In this document: piece by piece, positions 9,342 to 16,912 of the stretch | Position numbering within the stretch: position 1 is the stretch's first letter | How the letters are laid out: every line of letters starts with the position of its first letter | DNA from: an uncultured Deinococcales bacterium | GTDB taxonomy: Bacteria; Deinococcota; Deinococci; Deinococcales; JAAFIG01 | Direction: 5' to 3' | Length of the DNA: 20,369 nucleotides | Assembly (NCBI GenBank): GCA_964247135.1 | Contig: CAXTTL010000070.1 | Span: 1 to 20,369 of the forward strand | Position numbers and translations under genes: made by a program | Notes under the pieces: generated by a model | What the model was told of the DNA's origin: nothing | The model's database searches: none | What the model saw: the letters and a program-made list of their open reading frames with translations, nothing else

Positions 9342-9501
9342 TTTAAATTTCCTCCTGAATTCAATCCTCGAGAAATACGTTCTTGCCCCATCCTAGTCTC
9401 AGATGACCCCCTCGAGTAGTGGTGCAAGTCTCTAACGCCGTTCTGAGAGGTATTGAACTCCCAAGAGTTGAGCAAATCCTGAATTCAGGCTTTTGAACTG
9501 C

Positions 9502-9537
9502 AAAACAAAAACCACTCGAGAATGGGTTTCTCGAGTG
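9502..9537 (-). terminator. Probable terminator whose stem is built from two CTCGAG copies
   Basis: CACTCGAGAA (9513-9522) / TTCTCGAGTG (9528-9537), then GTTTTTGTTTT on the minus strand. Confidence 0.7.
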
Positions 9538-9608
9538 ACATGAATTCAAGTTGCGTAATTGTTAGCAGTCAACTCTTGTTTGAGAAAGTCAGAGGCAAGC
9601 AACTGAAA

Positions 9609-10082
9609 TTAGATTTTGAAGCGAGCAAAAATGTAAACGAAGTTCTTAAAACCAAATATTGTCTCGGTCGGCAAGAATCCAACCCCTACCCCTGGCGATT
9701 CTTCTGCGCCAATGGTTAGTGTTGGTGAGAGAATAAATTCTGCCCCAAGTACCAGATGCACATCGATCAGAAGTCCAGAAGCCGTGCCTTTTGACAAGAA
9801 TTGCGCCCCTGCACCCGCGCCGTAATAAACCGTGAACATTGGAATAATTTCATAAGGTGCAAAACGCCCGACAACCAAATCGGCGCTGACCCCAGCCGAG
9901 AAAACGCCAGAGGTGAATGGGGCAATGCCAATGGCAAACTTTAGTCCTGTGCCTTCGCCTGGGCTGTAGGTCGTGTATTCCACACCAATATTTGGGAATC
10001 CGAGCCGTACACCAAACGATTGAGCGTTTGCCGAAGTTGCAAACCCAAGAAAAACGATAAACGCGATCAGAAATTTTTTCAT
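9609..10082 (-). CDS. Small exported protein, probable outer-membrane beta-barrel, 157 aa
   Basis: ATG 10082 after GGAG; signal peptide ending SANA; Gly/aromatic alternating strands (FGVRLG, VYYGAGAG, LGAEF); C-terminal YIFARFKI resembling a beta-signal. Confidence 0.7.
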   Translation of the reverse strand: MKKFLIAFIVFLGFATSANAQSFGVRLGFPNIGVEYTTYSPGEGTGLKFAIGIAPFTSGVFSAGVSADLVVGRFAPYEIIPMFTVYYGAGAGAQFLSKGTASGLLIDVHLVLGAEFILSPTLTIGAEESPGVGVGFLPTETIFGFKNFVYIFARFKI

Positions 10083-10167
10083 ATAAAACTCCAATACACT
10101 GCCAGTAAAATCTGGCGTGAGGGATAATAGGTAGCTCGAGATTCTCGAAGTACAGAGTTTGAGCTTG

Positions 10168-11946
10168 TTATTGTAGAATCCATTTCATATCGGAAGTAGG
10201 GACTTCAGTAGACGCAGAAATTAAATTATTTGACGTATATGTTATTATAACCCAATTCCAGCCTATTTTTAAATGTTGATTTTGAGAAATTAATGTACTA
10301 CCTGTATTACATGTTCCAGTAATATCAACATTAGAATCTGAATAATTTAAAATAGCTACTTTTCCACCAATTACAGGAGGATAGGAAGTAGCAAGTAATA
10401 TTGAATGCGTATTACTTTTTAAACTAACTTGAAGACTGTAACTAGTTGTTTTATAGTTATTACTTATAACCAATGAACCTGATGAACATCCTATAGGAGT
10501 ACCACTGCTAGCAGGTATTGATATTAAATCAGACACTTTTGGAGCAGATATTAAGGCTTTAAAATTACCTAGACTATCAATTTCACTACTTCCTAATATA
10601 GAGAGGTTGATCCTAAATTCTACCTTATCTAATGGTAACGAACTATTCCAATTTGAAATTTGCCCAGAAATTGTCGTTCCAGAGGAATCAAATCCGCTAA
10701 ATGACCTAACAGAAGATGTGACATCATTGCCTGGATAAGCATTTCCAGCCAAATCTGTAACACCCGTACCAACAAGAACAGTATATGGTGTCCCCGCAGT
10801 TTGAGTGCTTGTTGTTAAAGTTACGGTTTTTCCATCGCTGGATAGAACAGCAGCCGTGACTGCCAAAGTTGATCCTGCAATACTAAATTGAGCAGCAGTA
10901 ATGGTTGCTGGCGCTAATGCCTTATCAAATAAAACATCTACCGAAGTGCTGCTTGTCGCATTTGTACCCAGAACTTTGGGAGGATTTGAAGTGGATTGCG
11001 CTGGGTTAATTGTGATGACTTTTGTCCCTGAAACACTTCCAACCGTTGCTCTAATCAACACACTGATGCTCGAGCTTCCCGAAGCTGGGGGCGTATAGTT
11101 CACGGTTGAGGTTGTACTCGCACTTAACGTACCAATACCAGTTGTATTACCAGGCTCGAGACTCCATTGAATCGCAGGTTGCGGACTGATAAAAACTCCA
11201 TTGGCATCTAGCACAATGGCTCCTATCGTTGCAGGCGGTGCTCCAAATGAAAGTGCTGTTGGACCTGTAACTGAAATACTTGAAACCACAGGCGCTGAGA
11301 TTGTTGAGATTGACATAATCCACTTTAGATCAGAAGTTGGTACTTCTGAAGTAATATTAGATCCGGTTGTTGTTCTTGTTGTAACACTCCAATTCCAGCC
11401 AATTCTAAATTGCACATTGTAATTAGATGTAAAACTTACCCCTGATTGCGAATTTGTGCAAGAACCAGTAATATCTGTATTCGTATCGGAATATATTAGT
11501 GTTGCAGATTTTTCTCCTACGGCATCAAAATTTTTAGAAGTGGCTAGGATTACTGAGCCAGGTATTAAATTATTGCTATTTCGAGGTATTTGAGCACCAT
11601 TTATGAAAGTAAATTTAGGATTATTACTGATATTTATTGCCCCAGAAGTACATGAAATAGTTGGTAGTGGTTGCAAATCTGCGGCGGTTGGTGTTGACAG
11701 AGCAACTGTGAAATTTCCTTGACCATCAATACTTCCACTTCCAACAATATTATTTCCTATAGAATTTGAAGAACCTGGCAATGGGGTAGTTCTAAACTCA
11801 ATTTTACCTAGTGTTGCTGGCGGGTTATTCCAATTCGAGATTTGCCCAGAAACACTGGTGAGTGTCGGTGGGTCCGGTTGGGTTGGACATGCCACCAACA
11901 AAACCGTCAAAACAATACCGCCAAAAATCCCTTGCTTCCAATTCAT
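10168..11946 (-). CDS. Ser/Thr-rich lipoprotein: two copies of an unknown ~170-180 aa domain flanking Ig-like domains, 592 aa
   Basis: Lipobox LVA-C at Cys20; central Ig-like segment (PPKV...VDVLFDKAL...GKTVTLTT...YTV...VTDLAGN, SbsA/Big_5-like); repeat motifs SGQISNW, YSD-N-DITG-C, IGWNW and EVPTSD-KWI each occur twice. Confidence 0.85.
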   Translation of the reverse strand: MNWKQGIFGGIVLTVLLVACPTQPDPPTLTSVSGQISNWNNPPATLGKIEFRTTPLPGSSNSIGNNIVGSGSIDGQGNFTVALSTPTAADLQPLPTISCTSGAINISNNPKFTFINGAQIPRNSNNLIPGSVILATSKNFDAVGEKSATLIYSDTNTDITGSCTNSQSGVSFTSNYNVQFRIGWNWSVTTRTTTGSNITSEVPTSDLKWIMSISTISAPVVSSISVTGPTALSFGAPPATIGAIVLDANGVFISPQPAIQWSLEPGNTTGIGTLSASTTSTVNYTPPASGSSSISVLIRATVGSVSGTKVITINPAQSTSNPPKVLGTNATSSTSVDVLFDKALAPATITAAQFSIAGSTLAVTAAVLSSDGKTVTLTTSTQTAGTPYTVLVGTGVTDLAGNAYPGNDVTSSVRSFSGFDSSGTTISGQISNWNSSLPLDKVEFRINLSILGSSEIDSLGNFKALISAPKVSDLISIPASSGTPIGCSSGSLVISNNYKTTSYSLQVSLKSNTHSILLATSYPPVIGGKVAILNYSDSNVDITGTCNTGSTLISQNQHLKIGWNWVIITYTSNNLISASTEVPTSDMKWILQ

Positions 11947-12015
11947 ACTTCCCCCTTATGGCTCGAGGTTCGTTGGTTTTTGATCCTCCTCGAGCTTTGT
12001 AAAATGAGTATTTCA

Positions 12016-12050
12016 TTCGGGCGTCCGAAAACGTCCGAGTCAAAATGAAG
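12016..12050. promoter_or_regulatory. Candidate regulator-binding region between the divergent lipoprotein and TPR-regulator genes
   Basis: Near-perfect palindrome TTCGGGCGTCCGAA (12016-12029); direct repeat CGTCCGA at 12022 and 12032; AACGTCC...AAAATGAAG also found reverse-complemented at 14130-14153. Confidence 0.5.
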
Positions 12051-12087
12051 ACGAATTTTGTATGCAATTAAAAATATCTCGAGTGTT

Positions 12088-12115
12088 TTGCTGCTCGAGG
12101 ATTTCCCGATATACT
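12088..12115 (+). promoter_or_regulatory. Leaderless promoter of the TPR regulator
   Basis: TATACT (12110-12115) 7 nt upstream of ATG 12123; TTGCTG 16 nt further upstream; no SD. Confidence 0.6.
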
Positions 12116-12122
12116 TTAAGAA

Positions 12123-13787
12123 ATGCGGGTCACAAAATCATTTGCATCGTTTCACGATATGTTCAGTGAATTACTTGAACAGAAGTCATTCCAGCAAGCA
12201 CGGGTTTTGCTGGGTCATTTTCTTCCTAAACTTGAATCCAATCTGGAGTACGAACGAACGATTGGGTTACTGAAAAACATTCCGTTGGTTGTTTTCCAAC
12301 ACGATTTTGTTTTCGCTAAATACTATGCGGAAGTCTTGTGTGGTGCTGCAAAACTCGAGGAGTTAAATCAATTTATCGAGACAACACGTTTGACATTCTC
12401 AATAGCGCAAACCGCGCTTTTACAACTCGAGTTCGCAATTGGTTTGCAGGGAGTTTATAAGCACGAAGAGGCGATGCAACTTTTAGAACAAATCAAACCG
12501 AATCTTAAAAACGAACCCTTGGGTATTGCGTTGTGTCATTTGGGTTGGTCATTGTTTGAGAAACAAAAACGTTGGGAAACCGCGTTTCAATCTGCACTAC
12601 CATTGTTGCATGGTCTGGAGTTGGCTCGGGCGTTAATCAATTTTGGTCATTGTCTGTCGCAATCTGGACAGCATCAAAAAGCCCGTAACGCTTGGCTCGA
12701 AGCGCTTCCACTTGTAAAACATCGGGCAAAAACCCGAGCCTATATTCTTTATAATCTTGCCATCGTTTCGCAACGTCAAATGCTGCCCGATTCCGAAGCC
12801 TATTTTCTTGAGTTAGAACGTGTCTCACGCAATCCGAAAGCGTTAGATCGTCGGGCTTCGGCTCTAAACGGTATTGCAATGCAACGCAGAATTCGGGGTG
12901 AATTCCCTCGAGCACAGGCAGCGTATCAAGAAGCATTGCGCTGTGCAATTACTAACATTGATTTGCTCGCGGCTTACATTGGTTTGGCTCGAGTGTATGA
13001 ATTCGCAGGGAAAGCTGCTAAAAGTTTAGCCATTCTCGAGGAAGCACTGCTCAAACCTGAATTGCCAAAAGATCAACTGGGGGTTTGCAAAGCAAGCGCT
13101 TTACTTGCTTTGGGTGATGTGCAGGGTACTTGGGAAATGCTTGAAATTGTTGGAGACGTTAAACTTGACAATGTTCGCTGGGTTGTGGCGTTTTGCAAAG
13201 CAGAACTAGCACGGCGTTTTGGACGAGAGGCGGATGCAATAGCTTATTTACAAGATTTACCAATTCACAACCTTCATGCGCGAGAAGAAGCGGGTCGTTA
13301 TCCTGAACTGGTTCGACTTTTAGCAAAGTATCATTTGCCTACACCTCAGCCGCTTGAGTATTTTTCAGGAATTACGGTGCGCGTCGAAGCAACAAATTTA
13401 CTACGAGTTTACGTCAACCAGAGGCTTTTGGACATTGCCCCAACGGGCAAAATAGCTACTATGCTTGTGTATTTGCTCGAACATGGCAAAAGCTCAAGCA
13501 CTTCAGCCTTAAGAGATATTATGTACCCAAACCATGATCCAAATGATGCTCGAAAAAGGCTTTGGGATACGGCGAAAGCCTTACAGAAAATATTGGGTTG
13601 GAAAGAATCAGTGCAAAACCCTCGAGGAGCTTACCTTTTAGATCCAAACATTATTTGGAAGTACGATATTTCAGAAGCTCGAGCACGAAAGAAGTTTGAA
13701 GGCGAGTTTTTGCAGGGGATAGACGAGCCGTGGGTAGATGATATTCGCCATGAGTTGGTGAATTTAAGTGACAAAAACGAAAAATAG
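12123..13787 (+). CDS. Cytoplasmic TPR-array protein with C-terminal SARP/OmpR-like winged-helix DNA-binding region, 554 aa (putative peptide receptor/transcription factor)
   Basis: MalT/Rap-like TPR units (ARALINFGHCL...GQHQKA, ASALNGIA...GEFPRA...YQEAL); C-terminal LRVYVN...MLVYLLEH...LRDIMYP...LQKILG...GAYLLDP...FLQGIDEPWV; no signal peptide. Confidence 0.8.
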   Translation: MRVTKSFASFHDMFSELLEQKSFQQARVLLGHFLPKLESNLEYERTIGLLKNIPLVVFQHDFVFAKYYAEVLCGAAKLEELNQFIETTRLTFSIAQTALLQLEFAIGLQGVYKHEEAMQLLEQIKPNLKNEPLGIALCHLGWSLFEKQKRWETAFQSALPLLHGLELARALINFGHCLSQSGQHQKARNAWLEALPLVKHRAKTRAYILYNLAIVSQRQMLPDSEAYFLELERVSRNPKALDRRASALNGIAMQRRIRGEFPRAQAAYQEALRCAITNIDLLAAYIGLARVYEFAGKAAKSLAILEEALLKPELPKDQLGVCKASALLALGDVQGTWEMLEIVGDVKLDNVRWVVAFCKAELARRFGREADAIAYLQDLPIHNLHAREEAGRYPELVRLLAKYHLPTPQPLEYFSGITVRVEATNLLRVYVNQRLLDIAPTGKIATMLVYLLEHGKSSSTSALRDIMYPNHDPNDARKRLWDTAKALQKILGWKESVQNPRGAYLLDPNIIWKYDISEARARKKFEGEFLQGIDEPWVDDIRHELVNLSDKNEK

Positions 13788-13801
13788 AATGAAGGTAATC
13801 A

Positions 13802-13831
13802 ATGCCACCTGCAAACTTTCACAGGTGGCAT
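13802..13831. terminator. Stem-loop between the convergent regulator and peptide genes
   Basis: Perfect 10-bp stem ATGCCACCTG/CAGGTGGCAT with 10-nt loop; no strong U-tract. Confidence 0.6.
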
Positions 13832-13838
13832 CGGGGCT

Positions 13839-14000
13839 TTAGCGCCTGCATTTGACGCATGGCAGAGTTGGGTCTGCGTAAGCAGTGGATGTTGTTAAAC
13901 CCAATCCGCTTAGAATGACCACGATGGTAACGCAAATTTTAAACTTGCTAAAAATATTTGCGTTTTGTATCGCCGTCCCGACTTGAATGTAGTTTTTCAT
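13839..14000 (-). CDS. 53-aa secreted pre-peptide; predicted mature 11-mer DPTLPCVKCRR
   Basis: ATG 14000 after AAGGAAG; basic n-region KFK, hydrophobic h-region ICVTIVVILSGLGL, A-Y-A signal peptidase I site, then only 11 residues with CxxC. Confidence 0.7.
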   Translation of the reverse strand: MKNYIQVGTAIQNANIFSKFKICVTIVVILSGLGLTTSTAYADPTLPCVKCRR

Positions 14001-14065
14001 CGTCGCTTCCTTTTGAACAAAACTGCGCGAAGTTGGCTGCGCCCTTGGTAGTTTTGTTTCCACGG

Positions 14066-14209
14066 ATGCTAGGATCAGTGTCTAAATTTGATCTGACGGT
14101 TTTTGTTGCCTGGTCTAAAATGGCGAGTGCTTCATTTTTGCGTCTTGGACGTTATATTGACTGATCTCTCGAGATAAACAAATTCGACTCTAAAATCTGA
14201 TCTAAAATC
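14066..14209 (-). promoter_or_regulatory. Peptide-gene promoter with phased direct repeats (SARP-box geometry)
   Basis: -10 TAGCAT at 14066-14071; TTTAGAC (14080-14086) exactly 8 nt upstream; degenerate GTCAGAT at +11 and perfect TTTAGAC at +33 (14113-14119); additional GATTTTAGA pair at 14189-14197 and 14201-14209. Confidence 0.55.
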
Positions 14210-14312
14210 AGGGATTGTTTCGCGGCAGAGTTGAGGTACGAGCACATCATTCTGTGAGTGTCAGATGGATTATTTTCTACAGGTGACACACCCAATTCAA
14301 ATTGCTTTGAGG

Positions 14313-14342
14313 TTGATTCAAAGCCGAAGCTTTTGTTACAAT
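14313..14342 (+). promoter_or_regulatory. Promoter of the AT-rich SARP/AAA gene
   Basis: TTGATT-18-TACAAT with extended TGn; GGGGA RBS before TTG 14361. Confidence 0.5.
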
Positions 14343-14360
14343 GAGTGCCAGGGGATACTT

Positions 14361-16312
14361 TTGATTAAGCTCAATTTTTTTGGTTTGCCGTCAGCAATGG
14401 TAGATGATAAGAGTGTCAAACTCTTGGACAGCAGAGCGTATGTGCTACTGGCGTATCTAGTATTAAGTGAAAGCCCTATGCTTGAACGAAGAAAGCTTGC
14501 TTTTTTATTGTGGGAGGATTACGAAGTTTCAGATGGTTTAAAAAGTCTATCAAATTTAATATATAAAATCATAAAAGTGTTAGGTAAAGATGTTTTAAAA
14601 ACAAACCTTAAAGAAATTGGAATTGGTGAAATTTATTGTGAATCTGTTGAGTATGAAAAATTTGATTTTGAAACTCAATTTGAAATGTTAAAAAATGGAT
14701 TTTTACGATCTATTAACTTAGAAGATTATATGGAAATTAAAACAAAAAATAGTAAAAATATTGCTGAGATAGTAAACTTTATTACTGAAAAAAATGATAA
14801 TTTTAAATATGAAGCATCTAAAATAGCTGAAAGATTAATTATAAATTGTATTAAGCAAAAAGAATTTGAAAAATCTATTACTTACTTAGAATTCTTAATA
14901 TTTAATGATTTTAACACAGAGTTTAATCCTGTTAAAATATATTTTTTAACTCTTGGAATAATAAATAAAAGTAAAATGATTGAGACTTCAAAATTTAATT
15001 ATCAAACTTATCTGAAAAAATTAAATGATAAGGTGAAAATAGATGGTGAAATTGTTAAAACAATTGAACTAGCCGAATCTAAAAATCCATTAAATTGTCA
15101 AAAAGAGTTAGAAAAAATTATATCAATAGAACCAAGTAAAAATGAAATTCGATTTTTCAGACGTCAAAAATATTGGGATCAACTGACTGATGCTTTTCAA
15201 CAAGGGAAAACAGTTGGTATCTACGGTGATAATGGTGTCGGAAAAACGAGAATGGTTCGAGAGTTTATTAAAACTCAGGGTAAAATTTTGGAGTTTTCAG
15301 GACAAATTATAGATCAAAATATAGATTATGTATGCCTTGTTAGAACTTATGAGCATATTCTAAAAATTAAAAATTTAAAATTTCCTGAAGATATTTTAAA
15401 GCAATGGAGTAGATTTATTCCGAGTCTTGTTAAAAAACCACTTGGAGTATTAAAAGCAGGTGAAAAACAAGCTTTTTTTGATGCGGTATATCGAACATAT
15501 TTAATATACCTAGCTAGTCTTAAAAAAAATGATTTTGAATATATGTTTTGGAATAATGTTCATCTTTGTGATTTAAAATCTGTGGAAGCTGGTATTTATA
15601 TGGAATCGAGGTGTTTAATGGAAGGATTAGATGCGCCTTCATCAATATTTGCTTATGAAACAACTAGAATAAAAGAAAAAACGCACTTAAGTTTTACCGA
15701 TTGGAAAAAACTAAAAGACGGCTTTGTTTTAATTAAAATTGAAAACTTATCTGAAGATGAAATACAACAACTTTTATTAGAAAATAATTTAGATTTAGGT
15801 CTATCTAAAATTTTATTTGAAAATACTAATGGAAAGATGTCTTTGATCTGTAGAATACTAGGTAATTTTCTTAAGAATGATAAAAATATTGAATTTTTAT
15901 CTAAAATCACCCCAGAATTAGAAGATTATTTTAATGATCAAATACTATCAGCTAAAAACTCATATGTACTGGCTCAATATGCTGCTGTAATGGAGGAAAT
16001 ATTAAAAAAATATAATTTGATAGATTATTTTGGTGAAATAATTGGCAAATTATGCAATATTAATAATGAATTTAAGAAAAAAGAAATAGAATTAAATAAT
16101 AACTATATTTTTAGTACTTTAAAACGTAAGAAAAAAACATTTTTGAAAATCAACTAATATTTGAATATATTTTAAGTAAAATTTCAGATAGAGAAAAATT
16201 TGATTTACTGAATGAAATTCTAAAAATTTTAAAGAAAAATAAGAGTATTTCTAAAATTATTTTAGAAAAATATACTGAAGAAATCAAAAAGTATAAATTT
16301 GGGCGCTTTTAA
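14361..16312 (+). pseudogene. AT-rich SARP (AfsR/DnrI-like) regulator with AAA/P-loop domain, frameshifted near the 3' end (first frame stops at 16157, second at 16312)
   Basis: N-terminus IKLNFFGLP...LLAYLVL...RRKLAFLLW aligns by eye with the SARP at 20004; Walker A GDNGVGKT; degenerate Walker B region NNVHLCDLKS; homologous-looking continuation FENQLIFEYILSKISDREK in the -1 frame after A7/T5 runs. Confidence 0.7.
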
Positions 16313-16544
16313 AGGCGAAAATGATGATTTTATAGGTACAATTTAGTTAATCTCGAAATAGTTCTTTTGGTTTCAGGTTGTATGAGATAACTGCCAAACG
16401 TACTCGCATTAAAAACCGCTCGAGAAACATTGTTCTCTCGAGCAGTAAAAATTCACGAATTTACAATTTGATATTCCTCATAGCCCTTCACCAAATCAAA
16501 CTCGAGTCGAGTTCTCAGGCGACCACGGATTTCAGGTTGCACAC

Positions 16545-16571
16545 AAACCAACAACCGAATTTGTTGGTTTT
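16545..16571. terminator. Terminator-like hairpin upstream of the protease pair
   Basis: AAACCAACAA/TTGTTGGTTT 10-bp stem, 6-nt loop. Confidence 0.45.
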
Positions 16572-16616
16572 ATGAAGTTGCGCAGCAACGAAGTTGTGGT
16601 GCTGCTCGAGACAGAA

Positions 16617-16645
16617 TTGAAAACTTCAGTCTCAACGTCTACACT
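16617..16645 (+). promoter_or_regulatory. Leaderless sigma70 promoter TTGAAA-17-TACACT
   Basis: -10 at 16640-16645 is 6 nt upstream of ATG 16652. Confidence 0.7.
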
Positions 16646-16651
16646 GACCAC

Positions 16652-16912
16652 ATGACATGGTTAGAGATTCGAGATCAATACCCCAACACCTGGCTGTTAC
16701 TCGAGGCAATTACTGCCCATTCCGAGAATAACCAGCGAATTTTGGAGGAACTCTCGGTCATCTCGAGATTCGATGATTCTGAAAGCGCTCTTGATGCGTA
16801 TTCAGCACTTCATGAAATTGCCCCCGCTCGAGAATTGCTGGTGTTGCACACCAGTCAAGAAAAACTCGAAATCAAAGAACGATTCTGGATGGGAATTCGG
16901 ATGGCGGCGTGA
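16652..16912 (+). CDS. Small acidic hypothetical protein (DUF5678-like partner of retropepsin genes), 86 aa
   Basis: MTWLEIRDQYPNTWLLLEA N-terminus; leaderless promoter; GTGA overlap with the protease gene. Confidence 0.75.
   Translation: MTWLEIRDQYPNTWLLLEAITAHSENNQRILEELSVISRFDDSESALDAYSALHEIAPARELLVLHTSQEKLEIKERFWMGIRMAA

Noticed and set aside
9390-9475. HspR/HAIR or CIRCE heat-shock operator upstream of htrA
   Set aside because: Only short imperfect palindromes; no match to CTTGAGT-N7-ACTCAAG or TTAGCACTC-N9-GAGTGCTAA
13839-14000. RiPP or bacteriocin precursor interpretation of the micro-ORF
   Set aside because: No modification enzymes, double-glycine leader or dedicated exporter in the window; a Sec-type AxA site fits better. 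A lipoprotein reading is also unlikely because there is no lipobox Cys after the h-region
14001-14063. GTG start giving a 74-aa version of the peptide ORF
   Set aside because: GTG is only 2 nt from the predicted -10; ATG 14000 has a good SD and gives a more plausible signal peptide
9609-16418. Integrative element or prophage explanation of the low-GC block
   Set aside because: No integrase, transposase, tRNA target or flanking direct repeats seen; host CTCGAG motif and host-style promoters persist inside the block
16313-16616. Small RNA or 65-aa ORF (16378-16575) in this intergenic region
   Set aside because: Two hairpins and a repeated TTTCAGGTTG are present, but there is no recognisable RNA family, RBS or protein motif
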